Shown: in pieces, positions 1-10,444 of the stretch | Layout of the letters: every line of letters starts with the position of its first letter | How positions within the stretch are numbered: the first letter of the stretch is position 1 | Assembly: GCA_963665845.2 (NCBI GenBank) | Contig: OY762492.1 | Span: forward strand, 992,001 to 1,056,000 | Length of the DNA: 64,000 nucleotides | Direction of reading: 5' to 3' | From: Candidatus Poribacteria bacterium | GTDB taxonomy: Bacteria > Poribacteria > WGA-4E > GCA-2687025 | The notes under the pieces: model-generated | Told to the model about the DNA's origin: nothing | Database searches by the model: none | Seen by the model: the letters and a program-made list of their open reading frames with translations, nothing else | Position numbers and translations under genes: made by a program

Positions 1-159
1 GATGAAAAGAACGCTTCGATGGCTCAATGATCCGCTCCCGCTTTTGATGTTGAGGCGCGTTTAGCGTAACACAGGCGCGGCTAGGAATCAAGGAGCGCAG
101 CGCGGGGCTGTCTCTATACGATGATATGCATTTTGCGCGACTGCCTGCGGATCCAGGCC

Positions 160-184
160 GTCATTCCCGCGTAAGCGGGAATCC
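160..184. repeat. REP/dRS3-like palindrome GTCATTCCCGCGTAAGCGGGAATCC
   Basis: 8-bp stem ATTCCCGC/GCGGGAAT with GTAA loop; near-identical copies at 9645, 14054, 18157, 34433, 34511, 40636, 48841, 55178. Confidence 0.9.
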
Positions 185-315
185 AGAGTTTTCCCATAGA
201 GCCGTCGCATTCCAAAACGGCGCTCTAAAGACGCAAGATCAGTTCACATGCCTTGAGCGGCTGGAGCGTGTATAATAGATTGCAGGTTGGGTTGGTTTCG
301 GTTTGGGGAAGCGGT

Positions 316-1671
316 TTGAAGCGGCGCGTTTACGGTCTTGAAAACGAGTACGGCATCATCTGCTCCGCCGACAAAAAGGGCGGAAAGGCTCTGTCGATTC
401 AAAACTCGGTCGTCTATCTCTTCAGGGAAATCATCTCTAAGCGGATGTACCCCGACGTGTTTTTGGAAAACGGGGCGCGGTTTTATCAGGACATCGGCTG
501 CCATCCAGAATACGCGACGCCCGAATGCGACGATGTGCGGGAGCTGGTCGCGCATGACCGGGCAGGGGAGCGGATCATCGAATACCTTGCCAAATCCGCC
601 GAAAAAAAGATGCGCCAAGAGGGGCTGCCCGGTAAAATCTCCGTCTTCAAAAACAACACCGACACGCCCGGCAACACCTACGGCTGCCATGAAAATTATC
701 TGATGGACAGATCGGTCGGCTTTCGACAGCTGCCCGCGCTGCTGATTCCGTTTTTTGTTACGCGGCAGGTGTTCAGCGGGGCCGGGAAGGTTCGCTCGTC
801 TGAACGGGGGCGGTTTGTCATTTCACAGCGGGCGCAGTATATCCGCGAAGACATCTCCATCGCGACGACGACGGCGCGCGGCATCATCAACACCAGAGAC
901 GAACCGCACGCCGACCGCGAAAAATACCGCCGCCTGCATGTGATCGTCGGCGACTCGAACATGTCCGAATTTGTGACCTATTTAAAGGTCGGGACGACGG
1001 ACCTGATACTCCAGATGATCGAGGACGGCGCCTTAGACAAATCGCTGGAGCTGCGCGAGTCGGTGCCGGCGCTGACGCAGATCTCCGAAGACCTGGAATG
1101 CAAGCGGGAGATTGAACTGCAAAGCGGAAAGCGAATGACCGCCGTCCAGGTTCAGCGCGAATACTGGATGCGGGCGAAGGAGTACTATCAGCATGAGGAC
1201 AGCCCGTTTGTGAAGGACATCCTTGAAAAATGGGACATGGTGCTGACGGGGCTTGAGACCGATCCTGAAAGCCTGCATCGTTATCTGGACTGGGTCAACA
1301 AGCGGCAGATACTGGAAAAGTATGCCGCGTCGCGCAAAATTCGGTGGGACAGCCACGCGCTTTTGCGGCTAGACTTAGAATATCACAACATCAATATGTC
1401 GAAGGGCATCTTTTACTCGATGGAGAAAAAAGGTCTCGTGGAGCGGCTTGTCACGGACAAGGAAATTGAACGCGCCATGAGGCATCCGCCCAAGACAACC
1501 CGCGCCGCTTTCCGCGGCCGATTCGTAAAACTGCAAAACGAAGAAAAAATTCTGTGCGGCGTCAACTGGAGCTACATCCAGCTTTATGAGCCGTACCAAA
1601 AGCTGTATCTGTCCACCGATCCGCTGCAGCCGGATTATGAAGAAGCGAACCGCATGATCTATTCCATGTAA
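316..1671 (+). CDS. pafA: Pup--protein ligase PafA-like (proteasome accessory factor)
   Basis: [13 protein letters not shown]-terminus, [58 protein letters not shown] motifs; TTG start at 316 chosen by homology (ORF track starts 253). Confidence 0.88.
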   Translation: MKRRVYGLENEYGIICSADKKGGKALSIQNSVVYLFREIISKRMYPDVFLENGARFYQDIGCHPEYATPECDDVRELVAHDRAGERIIEYLAKSAEKKMRQEGLPGKISVFKNNTDTPGNTYGCHENYLMDRSVGFRQLPALLIPFFVTRQVFSGAGKVRSSERGRFVISQRAQYIREDISIATTTARGIINTRDEPHADREKYRRLHVIVGDSNMSEFVTYLKVGTTDLILQMIEDGALDKSLELRESVPALTQISEDLECKREIELQSGKRMTAVQVQREYWMRAKEYYQHEDSPFVKDILEKWDMVLTGLETDPESLHRYLDWVNKRQILEKYAASRKIRWDSHALLRLDLEYHNINMSKGIFYSMEKKGLVERLVTDKEIERAMRHPPKTTRAAFRGRFVKLQNEEKILCGVNWSYIQLYEPYQKLYLSTDPLQPDYEEANRMIYSM

Positions 1672-1688
1672 ACGTCATTGGAGGCGCC

Positions 1689-4409
1689 ATGCCCGACGAA
1701 CCAAAAAATGTGTACTACTTCAGCCAAACGAAAACGGATGGCGACGCGACCCTGCGGGAACTCCTCGGCGGTAAAGGAGCCAACCTTGCCGAGATGAGCC
1801 GCATTGGGCTGCCCGTTCCGCCCGGCTTCACGATCACGACCGACGTCTGCACCTACTTCACCCAGAACGACCGATCCTACCCATACGGGCTGCGCGAAGA
1901 GACGGCGGACGCTGTCCAGTTTTTGGAAACGCAGACAGGGAAGGTTTTTGGAGACAGCGAAAACCCGCTGCTGTTCTCGGTGCGCTCCGGCTCGCGGGAA
2001 TCGATGCCCGGCATGATGGACACGATCTTGAACCTTGGGCTGAACGATCAGACCGTTCAGGCGCTGGGGCGTCAAACGAACAATGACCGGTTTGCGTGGG
2101 ACTGCTACCGTCGCTTTGTGCAGATGTACGGCGATGTCGTCATGGGCGTTCAGCCGAGGGACGACCATGAGCATGAGCCGTTTGACGAGGTGATGGACGC
2201 GCTGAAAGTGGAATGCGGAGCGCAGCAGGACGCCGACATGACCGCGGACGATCTGCAGGAGCTGATTAAGAGGTACAACCGCCTCATCAAGCAGCGGACG
2301 GGGCGCGAATTTCCGCAAGACCCTGTTGAGCAGCTGTGGGGAGCTGTCGGGGCGGTGTTCGGGTCATGGGACAATGAGCGCGCCGTTGTGTATCGGCGGC
2401 GGTACCATATCCCGTCCGACTGGGGAACGGCGGTGAACGTTCAGACGATGGCGTTTGGAAACATGGGAGAGGATTCTGGGACAGGCGTCGCCTTCACGCG
2501 CGACCCTGCGACGGGCGAAAAGACGTTTTACGGCGAATACCTATTGAACGCGCAGGGCGAAGATGTGGTCGCCGGCGTTCGGACGCCAAAGCCGGTCGCC
2601 CAGCTTGCCGAAGAGATGCCTGAAGCGTACGAGGAGCTGGAACGCATCCGCGGCGTTCTTGAGCGTCAGTTCCGCGATATGCAAGATTTTGAGTTCACCA
2701 TTGAGCGCAACACGGTTTATCTTCTGCAGACGCGCAACGGAAAGCGGACGGGGCTTGCCGCCATTCGCATCGCCGCGGAGATGGCGAACGAGGGGCTGGT
2801 GGACTGGAAGGCGGCGATCCAGACGATACCGCCCGATTCGCTTGAGCATATCTTGGCGCCCGTGTTTGACGCGGACGGTTTGCGTCAGGCGGCGGCGGAC
2901 GATCGGCTGCTGGCGCGCGGGCTGCCGGCGGGTCCCGGCGCCGCTTCAGGAAAGATTGTTTTCAGCGCCGACGCGGCGGAGGAGCGGTCCGCGGCGGGAG
3001 AAAAGGTTGTTCTCGCCCGCATCGAAACCAGCCCTGAAGATCTAAGAGGCATGCTCGCTTCAGACGGCATTTTGACCGCCAGAGGCGGCGTCAGCAGCCA
3101 TGCCGCTCTGGTCGCCCGGCAGATGGGCAAGGTGTGCGTCTGCGGGTGCGGCGATCTGAACATCAATTACGAACGGCGGGAGATGCAGGTCGCCGGGCGC
3201 GTTCTGCGCGAAGGCGACGAAATCTCCATCGACGGCTCCACGGGTCAGGTGTTTGAAGGCAGCATCAACACGGCGCCCAGCGAAGTGATTCAGGCGCTCG
3301 TTGACAACCGCGAAGAGGCGAAGGAAAGCAAAACCTACCAGCTGTACGCGCAGATCATGGAGTGGGCGGACGAGGCGCGTAAATTGGGCGTCCGCGCGAA
3401 CGCCGACCAGCCCGACCAAGCGGAAAACGGCATCGCGTTCGGCGCCGAGGGCATCGGTCTCTGCCGAACGGAGCATATGTTTTTTGAAGGCGGACGCATC
3501 GTCGCCGTGCGCGAGATGATTCTCGCCGACAGCGAAGAGGAGCGGCGAAACGCGCTCGCCAAACTGCTCCCGATGCAGCGCGAAGACTTTGAGGAAATCT
3601 TCCGCGCGATGGACGGGTTGCCTGTAACGATACGGACGCTGGACCCGCCGCTGCATGAGTTTCTGCCGCATACCGAGCGCGAAACGGAGCAGGTCGCGCA
3701 GGAGCTGGGCGTCTCTATCGACGCGGTGAAGGCGTCCATCGCGGCGCTGGAAGAGGCGAACCCGATGCTGGGGCATCGCGGCTGCAGGCTTGGGATCGCG
3801 TATCCTGAAATCACCGAGACGCAGGCGCAGGCGATCTTCGAAGCGGCGGTGAATGTCGCCAAAGAAGGCGTTGACGTTCAGCCCGAAATCATGGTGCCGC
3901 TTGTCGGGACGCGCAAGGAGCTGACGCTGCAGCGCGAGGTGATCGACGCGGCGGCAAAACGCGTCTTTGAAGAGCAAGGGCATGCGGTCGAGTACCTTGT
4001 CGGGACGATGATCGAGGTGCCGCGCGCCGCGCTGGTCGCGAATCAGATTGCGGAAGACGCCGATTTCTTCAGCTTCGGCACCAACGATCTGACGCAGACC
4101 GCGTTCGGGCTGTCGAGAGACGACGCGCCCCGCTTTCTCCCGATCTACATTGAGCGGGACATCTACCTGGGCGATCCGTTCGTCGCTATTGACCAAGACG
4201 GCGTCGGACAGCTGATCGAAATCGGAACGGAGAAAGGGCGGGAGACGCGCTCCGATCTGAAAGTCGGCATCTGCGGAGAGCATGGCGGAGAGCCGTCCTC
4301 GGTCGCTTTTTGCCATCGCGCCGGGCTGGATTATGTGAGCTGCTCGCCGTTCCGCGTGCCGATTGCGCGGCTGGCTGCCGCTCAAGCGGCGTTGAAAGAC
4401 GAAGCGTAA
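1689..4409 (+). CDS. ppdK: pyruvate, phosphate dikinase
   Basis: [33 protein letters not shown] phospho-His motif, [29 protein letters not shown]; GGAGG RBS. Confidence 0.98.
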   Translation: MPDEPKNVYYFSQTKTDGDATLRELLGGKGANLAEMSRIGLPVPPGFTITTDVCTYFTQNDRSYPYGLREETADAVQFLETQTGKVFGDSENPLLFSVRSGSRESMPGMMDTILNLGLNDQTVQALGRQTNNDRFAWDCYRRFVQMYGDVVMGVQPRDDHEHEPFDEVMDALKVECGAQQDADMTADDLQELIKRYNRLIKQRTGREFPQDPVEQLWGAVGAVFGSWDNERAVVYRRRYHIPSDWGTAVNVQTMAFGNMGEDSGTGVAFTRDPATGEKTFYGEYLLNAQGEDVVAGVRTPKPVAQLAEEMPEAYEELERIRGVLERQFRDMQDFEFTIERNTVYLLQTRNGKRTGLAAIRIAAEMANEGLVDWKAAIQTIPPDSLEHILAPVFDADGLRQAAADDRLLARGLPAGPGAASGKIVFSADAAEERSAAGEKVVLARIETSPEDLRGMLASDGILTARGGVSSHAALVARQMGKVCVCGCGDLNINYERREMQVAGRVLREGDEISIDGSTGQVFEGSINTAPSEVIQALVDNREEAKESKTYQLYAQIMEWADEARKLGVRANADQPDQAENGIAFGAEGIGLCRTEHMFFEGGRIVAVREMILADSEEERRNALAKLLPMQREDFEEIFRAMDGLPVTIRTLDPPLHEFLPHTERETEQVAQELGVSIDAVKASIAALEEANPMLGHRGCRLGIAYPEITETQAQAIFEAAVNVAKEGVDVQPEIMVPLVGTRKELTLQREVIDAAAKRVFEEQGHAVEYLVGTMIEVPRAALVANQIAEDADFFSFGTNDLTQTAFGLSRDDAPRFLPIYIERDIYLGDPFVAIDQDGVGQLIEIGTEKGRETRSDLKVGICGEHGGEPSSVAFCHRAGLDYVSCSPFRVPIARLAAAQAALKDEA

Positions 4410-4418
4410 GGCGGCGGT

Positions 4419-5045
4419 ATGGCGCTGATACCGGCGCGGTACGCTTTTCGCCCCGTCGCGGAATGCAGGCGCATCGGACCGATGGAGCCGTTTGAGATCG
4501 TCTCCCCGCCTTACCTTTTAACAGGTCTGATTGGGGACGGAGACGACGACTGGGACGAGCCGTTTGCGACCGCATACGCCGGCTGGACAGACGACGAACT
4601 GCGCTTCGGTTTTCAGGTGAACCTGCGACGCCCGCCCCAACCGCTTCCAAACCGATGGTGGGAGGGAGACTGCGCGGAGATCTTTTTAGACCTGCGCGGC
4701 TCCCTCCCGCGCGACCGGTACACGGAGCATTGCGTTCACTTCTTCCTGCTGCCCGGTCGGGAGCCGATAGCGGGGCGGTGCGAGCCGGCGGTCGAATATC
4801 AGGTTGCCATCCCGAACGATGAAACGGTGCGCGTCCACTGCGACCTTTTCAACCGCGGATACAAGCTGGACGCGACGCTCACGCGGCAGACGATACCGAC
4901 CTTCGACCCGACCGCCCATAAAAGGATCGGCTTCAACTACATCATCCGAGACGCCGGCGGACGAACGCAGCATTGGACAGCGGGGCAGGAGCTAGACCCG
5001 TTCCGCGACCCAAGCGTCTGGGGGCTGCTGGAGCTGGTCAAGTGA
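4419..5045 (+). CDS. CBM9/DOMON-like sugar-binding domain protein
   Basis: W-x-GD-x-x-EIFLD, IGFNYIIRD, DPSVWGLLEL motifs typical of CBM9-like domains; no signal peptide. Confidence 0.6.
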   Translation: MALIPARYAFRPVAECRRIGPMEPFEIVSPPYLLTGLIGDGDDDWDEPFATAYAGWTDDELRFGFQVNLRRPPQPLPNRWWEGDCAEIFLDLRGSLPRDRYTEHCVHFFLLPGREPIAGRCEPAVEYQVAIPNDETVRVHCDLFNRGYKLDATLTRQTIPTFDPTAHKRIGFNYIIRDAGGRTQHWTAGQELDPFRDPSVWGLLELVK

Positions 5046-5057
5046 GCGGCTGAAAGC

Positions 5058-5981
5058 CTACTGCCCGCGTTCTATCAGTGCGTCCAGATCAATCACTTTC
5101 TCAACGACTCCTAAATCCAGCTCCTTCACAATCGCGCGGGGGTCGTCTGGCTTCGCTTGCCGATATTCGGCGTATTGGTCGGACAAAGACGGTTTTCGAA
5201 TGATGTCTAAAATCGCCCCCAGTCTAGACATCTCTGCTTCCTCATTCTGTGAAAGGCCGCCGCTTTGAAAACGCTTGAGCAGATCCTGTTCTCTGCTCTC
5301 CCACTTCGCAAAGGCCTGACGGCCCTTCTCGTCAAGTATTGCCTTTGTTTGGTATGTTACCTTCAGAATTTCAAAACCTTTCAGATAGCGAATCTCGCCG
5401 TTCGGCAAGGTCGCTTTCGCGTACAATTCGGTCTCGGGCAGACGACCCGTATGCACCAGCAATCGGGTTGGTTCAGACCATTTATCTGAAAGTCGATCGC
5501 TGTTTTCGATGTATGTTCCGTCGGGCGTGTACTCTGGAAGAAATGGATTCATCGCTTCTCTCAATTGCGGCATCTCGTTGTTGAAAAAAACGCGGTCATA
5601 CACAATACCGCGCGCTGCCACCGAGGAGGGCGGCTTTCCTTCCGCAATCATACGATCGTGCTCCAATCCGACCAGCTCCGCAAAGAAGTCATACGCTTCT
5701 TCCTTCGTTTTGAAATTGTACGGATTCTCGCCTGCGGAAACGCCTACCGATTCAGGCGCCTCAGAAAGCTCGGACGGTCCGGACGCGGTCGGCTTCTCCT
5801 CAACGCGTTTCGGCGTTTGCCCATCAACCGTCAACCTTTCGGCGCCGCGCGCCTCCGTTTCAGAGGATGCCGTATCCATGTCTTTGGAGTCGACGGCTCC
5901 ATTCATCCAAAGGAACCATGCCAGAATTGCCAACAACACAGCGGCGACGGACACAACCGCCATAAGAAAACGACGAGACAT
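5058..5981 (-). CDS. hypothetical membrane-anchored protein
   Basis: AGGAGG RBS before ATG 5981; N-terminal hydrophobic helix then low-complexity linker; no family recognised. Confidence 0.7.
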   Translation of the reverse strand: MSRRFLMAVVSVAAVLLAILAWFLWMNGAVDSKDMDTASSETEARGAERLTVDGQTPKRVEEKPTASGPSELSEAPESVGVSAGENPYNFKTKEEAYDFFAELVGLEHDRMIAEGKPPSSVAARGIVYDRVFFNNEMPQLREAMNPFLPEYTPDGTYIENSDRLSDKWSEPTRLLVHTGRLPETELYAKATLPNGEIRYLKGFEILKVTYQTKAILDEKGRQAFAKWESREQDLLKRFQSGGLSQNEEAEMSRLGAILDIIRKPSLSDQYAEYRQAKPDDPRAIVKELDLGVVEKVIDLDALIERGQ

Positions 5982-6048
5982 GTTTTTCCTCCTGTTGAAA
6001 AGGATCCTGTTGTGTCGATTCATGGTGCGCGTTAACGCTCCATGACAG

Positions 6049-6078
6049 AGTATAACATGGCAACCCTGAACCGCGCAA
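6049..6078 (-). promoter_or_regulatory. sigma70-type promoter TTGCGC-N18-TATACT (extended -10)
   Basis: consensus match upstream of CDS 5058..5981. Confidence 0.45.
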
Positions 6079-6150
6079 CCAAATTCAAGATTTTTCTCTT
6101 GAACTTTACATTCGCCGAATAAAGCGACTGCGCCCGTTCAAAATGCGGCT

Positions 6151-6939
6151 TTAGCGTTGATCCCGCAAATCTGCCCATTGAACCGCGAGTTTTCCTGCAG
6201 GTTCCACCGACAGCAGAATATCGCCCGCCATGGCGGTCTGAATCTCATCCGGCGTCAGCGCGGCGCTCCAGATGCCCACCTCGTCAACGGAACCGTGGAA
6301 ATGTTCGCGGTTGCCTTCGCTGTTTCGCGCGATGGCGACCGGCACATCGTTGGTCGCAATCGGTCCTGAGGCGGCGGCAGTCAATACCTCCTTGCCGTCC
6401 TGGTAAAGGCGCATGACGGCTCCGTCGTATGTGGCGGCGATGTGGTTCCACTCGTTGGCCGGCATTTGAGGCGTTTGGCCGTTGCGGCACAGCCGCTCCT
6501 GTCCATTGCCGGTGGCAATCGTGAAGCCGAGTCGCCCGTCGGTGCCGGCCATCTCGTAAAAGCCGTACGACATCCACGGCCAAGTATCGCCCGCCCAGCA
6601 TTTGTTGACGATCCGCTGCCATTCGTTGTTGAACGTCGTCGGATAAACCCACGCCATGAGCGTGATCTCATCGACGATGTCGAGCGAAGGCGAGTCCGGC
6701 ACCTCCACCCATCCGCCGGCCTGGCCGCTGAAAGAGACCCCTTTGCCGTACTTGCCGTCCGCCCACTTCGCCATGTGAACCGTTCCGTTGTTGCCATGCT
6801 TGGAGGCGTCCATCGCCGCGCCGCCGGCGCCTTCTTCAAAATCGAGATACAGAACGAGCGCGCTGTTCTGAACCGCCCAGCTGCTCCCGTGAAACAGACA
6901 CAGCGCCGCAACGCTTGTCAAAAAGATTCGTTGCATCAT
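6151..6939 (-). CDS. secreted LamG/concanavalin-like domain protein with C-terminal VEPAGKLAVQWADLR motif
   Basis: signal peptide; LVLYLDFEEG, ITLMAWVYP, WNHIAATYDG..MRLYQDG, FHGSVDEVGIWSAALT. Confidence 0.88.
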   Translation of the reverse strand: MMQRIFLTSVAALCLFHGSSWAVQNSALVLYLDFEEGAGGAAMDASKHGNNGTVHMAKWADGKYGKGVSFSGQAGGWVEVPDSPSLDIVDEITLMAWVYPTTFNNEWQRIVNKCWAGDTWPWMSYGFYEMAGTDGRLGFTIATGNGQERLCRNGQTPQMPANEWNHIAATYDGAVMRLYQDGKEVLTAAASGPIATNDVPVAIARNSEGNREHFHGSVDEVGIWSAALTPDEIQTAMAGDILLSVEPAGKLAVQWADLRDQR

Positions 6940-7135
6940 GTCAAATTCTCCTTGTTGATGCCGCTGCCCTTAGCAGACGAGCCTGACTCATCTGCGCCTT
7001 GCCGCAGCGAAAACCTGCCCAGGCTTTACACTTCTGCGGCGTCGGCAGTGTAACCGAATTTGGCTTTTGAATCAAGCGCTTTCTGCTGACGACAGTCTCT
7101 ACTGGCGATGGCGCTGGTTTTAGAGGGTTTCGCTT

Positions 7136-7248
7136 TGGAATGCGGAGGTTGTCTGGGAAAACTCTGGATTCCCGCTTGCGCTGGAGCGCATGTCCCCGCG
7201 GAAGCGGGAACGGTCTGGTTGGCAAAGCCTTTTTCCATGAATAAAGGC
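7136..7248. repeat. disrupted copy of composite REP-containing element
   Basis: TGGATTCCCGCTTGCG...GCGGGAA followed by GGTCTGGTTGGC..CCTTTTTCCATGAATAAAGGC module also at 34535, 40660 and 55139 (rc); upstream part resembles rc of 181-215. Confidence 0.75.
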
Positions 7249-7318
7249 GGTACGCTCATGCGGCGATGATGGTAGAATCTGCCTTAAATTGGCGCAATTC
7301 AACACAGGACTTTCGCGC

Positions 7319-8335
7319 ATGAAAATAAAGAATGTCGTCGTCACTGGGCAAAACGAGGTGGAGCTTCAAGAGGCGGAGCTGGACGAAAACCTGCGCCCTA
7401 ACGACCTGCTCATCGAAACGGAGGCAACCTACATCAGCTCCGGAACCGAGCTGGCAAACTACACAGGCGTAGAGCCGAAAACGCAGTTGCGCGGGCAATG
7501 GTGTTCATACCCATGGAAATCGGGCTATGCGAATGTTGGGATGGTACGCGCCGCCGGCGCCGCCGTCTCAAGGGCGCAGGTCGGCGACCGCGTCTTCACC
7601 TACGCCAACCACACTTCCCATGCCCGATACGACGCCTCCCGCCTCGTCGTCCAGGTTCCTGGCGGCATGGACTCGGCGACCGCCGCCGCCTCGCGCATGA
7701 CAGGCGTCGCTGTAACGGCGCTTCTGGTCGCCGATCTGCGGGACAATCCATGGGTCGCCGTGTACGGGCTTGGGATGGTCGGCAACCAGGCGGCGCAGGC
7801 GTTCCGCATACGCGGCTTCCGCGTCATCGGCGTCGACCCTGTCCAGAAACGGCGCGAAATCGCCGAGCAGTGCGGCGTTACGCATACGGTCGGCGGAACG
7901 CCCGACGAAGCGCATGCGGCAATACGGGAGATCACGCGCGGCTCCATGGCGGGCGTCTCGGTGGACGCGGTCGGGCATGGCGCCGTCTGCGCGCAGGCGC
8001 TGAAAGCGACCAGCGACCATGGACAGCTGATCATCTTAGGCTCGCCGAGGGCGCCTGTAGAGACAAACATCACCGAGTTTTTGTCCGACGTACATTTAAG
8101 GTGGATCTCGGTGCGCGGCGCGTTGGAATGGATGCTGCCGATGTATCCGACCGTCGGACGCCGCCCGTCCCAGTACACGAAGCAGCGCATGATTTTCGAC
8201 TGGATGGAGCGGGGGGAGCTTCAGCTGGAGCCGCTCATCTCGCACCGCATGAAGCCTGAGCAGATCAAGCAGGCGTACGACGGGCTGCGCGATCATCCTG
8301 AAACCTATACAGGCGTCGCGTTGGAGTGGCGGTAA
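7319..8335 (+). CDS. medium-chain (zinc-binding family) dehydrogenase
   Basis: ISSGTE, GYANVG, VYGLGMVG Rossmann motif. Confidence 0.85.
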   Translation: MKIKNVVVTGQNEVELQEAELDENLRPNDLLIETEATYISSGTELANYTGVEPKTQLRGQWCSYPWKSGYANVGMVRAAGAAVSRAQVGDRVFTYANHTSHARYDASRLVVQVPGGMDSATAAASRMTGVAVTALLVADLRDNPWVAVYGLGMVGNQAAQAFRIRGFRVIGVDPVQKRREIAEQCGVTHTVGGTPDEAHAAIREITRGSMAGVSVDAVGHGAVCAQALKATSDHGQLIILGSPRAPVETNITEFLSDVHLRWISVRGALEWMLPMYPTVGRRPSQYTKQRMIFDWMERGELQLEPLISHRMKPEQIKQAYDGLRDHPETYTGVALEWR

Positions 8336-8374
8336 GCCTCTTTTTCGGCTACACTTAAAAACAGGGAGGGAAGA

Positions 8375-8611
8375 ATGCCGATTAGCGACGAACTGCTTGA
8401 AATACTTGTATGCCCGCTGTCCAGAAAGCCGCTTGTGTACGATCCGGCGGCGGACGCGCTCCTTTCAACCGACCCTGAAACGCGCCGCCGTTACCGCATC
8501 GAGAACGGAATACCGATCATGCTGGCGGACGATGAGCATTCGGAGCAAATGTCCGAAAAGGAATGGAGCGCGGCGCTGGCGAAGCTGCAGACGGACGGCG
8601 CAGACGAATGA
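8375..8611 (+). CDS. Trm112-like (YcaR/UPF0434) protein
   Basis: ELLEILVCP..RKPL..Y.IENGIPIML; GGAGG RBS. Confidence 0.85.
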   Translation: MPISDELLEILVCPLSRKPLVYDPAADALLSTDPETRRRYRIENGIPIMLADDEHSEQMSEKEWSAALAKLQTDGADE

Positions 8612-9321
8612 AGCTGGCGTATGAGAACGCGGATTTTATGCAGGGCGAGGAGGCGCGCCCTCTGCGCATTCTTGCCGAGTATTTGGACCCGAAGCGGCGG
8701 TTTGAATCGGAGGGAGTGAGCGGGACGGTCGTCTTTTTCGGCTCCTCCCGAATACGCGAGGACAGCCCCTTAAAACGTTATTACGAAGCGGCGCGGGAGC
8801 TGGCGCGTCAAATCTCCGAATGGCAAATGAAACAGCCCGACGGCGAGCGTCTGATCGTCTGCACAGGCGGCGGTCCAGGCATTATGGAGGCGGCAAACCG
8901 CGGGGCGCATGACGCGGGCGCCGCGTCCGCCGGCCTCGGCATTCAGCTGCGCAGCCCAGAGTGGTTGAACCCTTACATGACGCCGCAGCTGGCGATGAAC
9001 TTTCATTACTTTTTTATGCGCAAATGGTGGCTCATCGCGCCGGCGCGCGCGGCGGTCCTCTTCCCTGGCGGACTTGGCACCATGGACGAGATGTTTGAGT
9101 TGCTGGCGCTGACGCAGACGCGCAAAATCAAACCGCCCGCCCTGATTCTCTACGGCTCCGAATACTGGAACAAGGCGGTCAACTTTGAAGCGATGGCGGA
9201 ATGGGGGTTGATTTCGCCCCAGGACATCCAGCTGTTTCAAACCGCCGACCGCCCCGACGAAGCGCTGCGGATACTGCAGGCGGCGCTGGAGGAGAACCCG
9301 CATGGCGTTCGTGATCGCTGA
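8608..9321 (+). CDS. LOG family nucleotide phosphoribohydrolase (lysine decarboxylase-like)
   Basis: [44 protein letters not shown]; ATGA overlap with upstream gene. Confidence 0.92.
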   Translation: MKLAYENADFMQGEEARPLRILAEYLDPKRRFESEGVSGTVVFFGSSRIREDSPLKRYYEAARELARQISEWQMKQPDGERLIVCTGGGPGIMEAANRGAHDAGAASAGLGIQLRSPEWLNPYMTPQLAMNFHYFFMRKWWLIAPARAAVLFPGGLGTMDEMFELLALTQTRKIKPPALILYGSEYWNKAVNFEAMAEWGLISPQDIQLFQTADRPDEALRILQAALEENPHGVRDR

Positions 9322-9538
9322 ACCTTGCATCGATGTGAAAGACTCCGCCTGCGTGGACGTATGCCCCGTCGACTGCATTTACGAAGGCTCCGACCAGTTT
9401 TATATCCATCCGGACGAATGCATCGACTGCGGCATATGCGACCCTGAATGCCCCGTCGAGGCGATTTTTGACGAGAACGGACTGCCGGACGAGTGGCTCG
9501 CCTACATCGAAAAAAACCGCGCCTTTTTTGAGGATTGA
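9302..9538 (+). CDS. 7Fe-type ferredoxin (copy 1)
   Basis: C-x7-C-x3-CP and CIDCGIC-x3-CP motifs, FdxA-like. Confidence 0.95.
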   Translation: MAFVIAEPCIDVKDSACVDVCPVDCIYEGSDQFYIHPDECIDCGICDPECPVEAIFDENGLPDEWLAYIEKNRAFFED

Positions 9539-9570
9539 CGCCTAACATACGGCGCGCCGCAAACGCGAAA

Positions 9571-9733
9571 CCCTCCTAACCCCCCTTTCAAGGGGGAGTC
9601 CAGAAACCCCGCGCCCTCAATAGCCTGCCCCCGTGAAAACGGGGGTCATTCCCGCGTAAGCGGGAATCTTAGGCGCCGAAGGAGATGTCCGCTTTCACCT
9701 GCCGACATGTCCCAATTATAGACGTAAGGTCAG
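9571..9733. repeat. composite repeat cluster (CCCCCTTTCAAGGGGG hairpin, CCCCCGTGAAAACGGGGG hairpin, REP palindrome, one MITE TIR)
   Basis: REP at 9645-9669; TIR-like ATGTCCCAATTATAGACGTAAGGTCAG at 9707-9733. Confidence 0.8.
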
Positions 9734-9809
9734 AGAAAGAAAACCGCGCCAAACGCGCTCCTCCCCGCTATACTTAAATTCAATATCCCTTCAACTCGGA
9801 GGCGGAGAG

Positions 9810-10046
9810 ATGGCTTACATCATCGTGGAACCGTGCATCGACGTGAAGGACTCGGCATGCGTTATCGTATGCCCCGTTGAGTGCATCTACGAGGGACCCG
9901 ACCAGTACTACATTCACCCGGACGAGTGCATCGACTGCGCGCTCTGCGTCCCTGAATGTCCGGTCGAAGCCATCTTTGACGAGGATGATGTTCCTGACCA
10001 GTGGCTGGACTACATCGAGAAGAACCGCGACTTCTTCGAGGACTGA
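9810..10046 (+). CDS. 7Fe-type ferredoxin (copy 2)
   Basis: same Cys pattern, CIDCALC; GGAG RBS. Confidence 0.95.
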   Translation: MAYIIVEPCIDVKDSACVIVCPVECIYEGPDQYYIHPDECIDCALCVPECPVEAIFDEDDVPDQWLDYIEKNRDFFED

Positions 10047-10063
10047 TTGGAGAGGAGAGCCGC

Positions 10064-10381
10064 ATGGCGTATGTGATTGTGGAGCCTTGCATCGGCGTGA
10101 AAGATTCGGCGTGCGTTGAAGTCTGCGCGCCGGACGCCATCCATGAGGGCGAGGATCAGTTCTACATCGATGCGTACGAGTGCATGTCATGCGGGGTGTG
10201 CGAGCCGGAATGCCCCGTTGAAGCGATCTACGAGGATGAATCGGTGCCTGAACAATGGCTCGGATACATTGAAAAAAGCCGCCGATTTTTCATGGACGAC
10301 ACGCTGGATATTCCAGACTCGGAGCCTGAATGGCTCAAGGAGCTGAACAAGCGGCGCGACAGCTTTTACAAAAAATCGTGA
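10064..10381 (+). CDS. 7Fe-type ferredoxin (copy 3, divergent, C-terminal extension)
   Basis: MAYVIVEPC..ACVEVCAPDAI..CMSCGVCEPECP; AGGAG RBS. Confidence 0.92.
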   Translation: MAYVIVEPCIGVKDSACVEVCAPDAIHEGEDQFYIDAYECMSCGVCEPECPVEAIYEDESVPEQWLGYIEKSRRFFMDDTLDIPDSEPEWLKELNKRRDSFYKKS

Positions 10382-10406
10382 ATCGAGCCGCAAAATGCGC
10401 TATAAT
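10378..10406 (+). promoter_or_regulatory. possible internal promoter GTGAAT-N17-TATAAT
   Basis: perfect -10 upstream of ferredoxin copy 4. Confidence 0.45.
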
Positions 10407-10444
10407 GATTGTTGCGACATGAGCGACACAGAGAAGGAGCGACC

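Noticed and set aside
1-27. Possible 5' end of a minus-strand gene (TTG AGC CAT..., MSHRSVLFI) with GGAG RBS
   Set aside because: Only nine codons are visible at the window edge; cannot be supported.
3060-4385. Long antisense ORFs (e.g. 441 aa opposite ppdK, 403 aa opposite the Gfo/Idh/MocA gene, 369 aa opposite yidC, 385 aa opposite the Ig protein)
   Set aside because: Shadow frames expected in GC-rich coding DNA; Arg-rich, no motifs, and overlapping well-supported genes.
7026-7344. Small ORFs over repeat elements (also 18058, 34326, 34386, 40494, 40507)
   Set aside because: They translate the REP/MITE sequence (IPAYAGMT / RHSRVSGN peptides) and are likely spurious.
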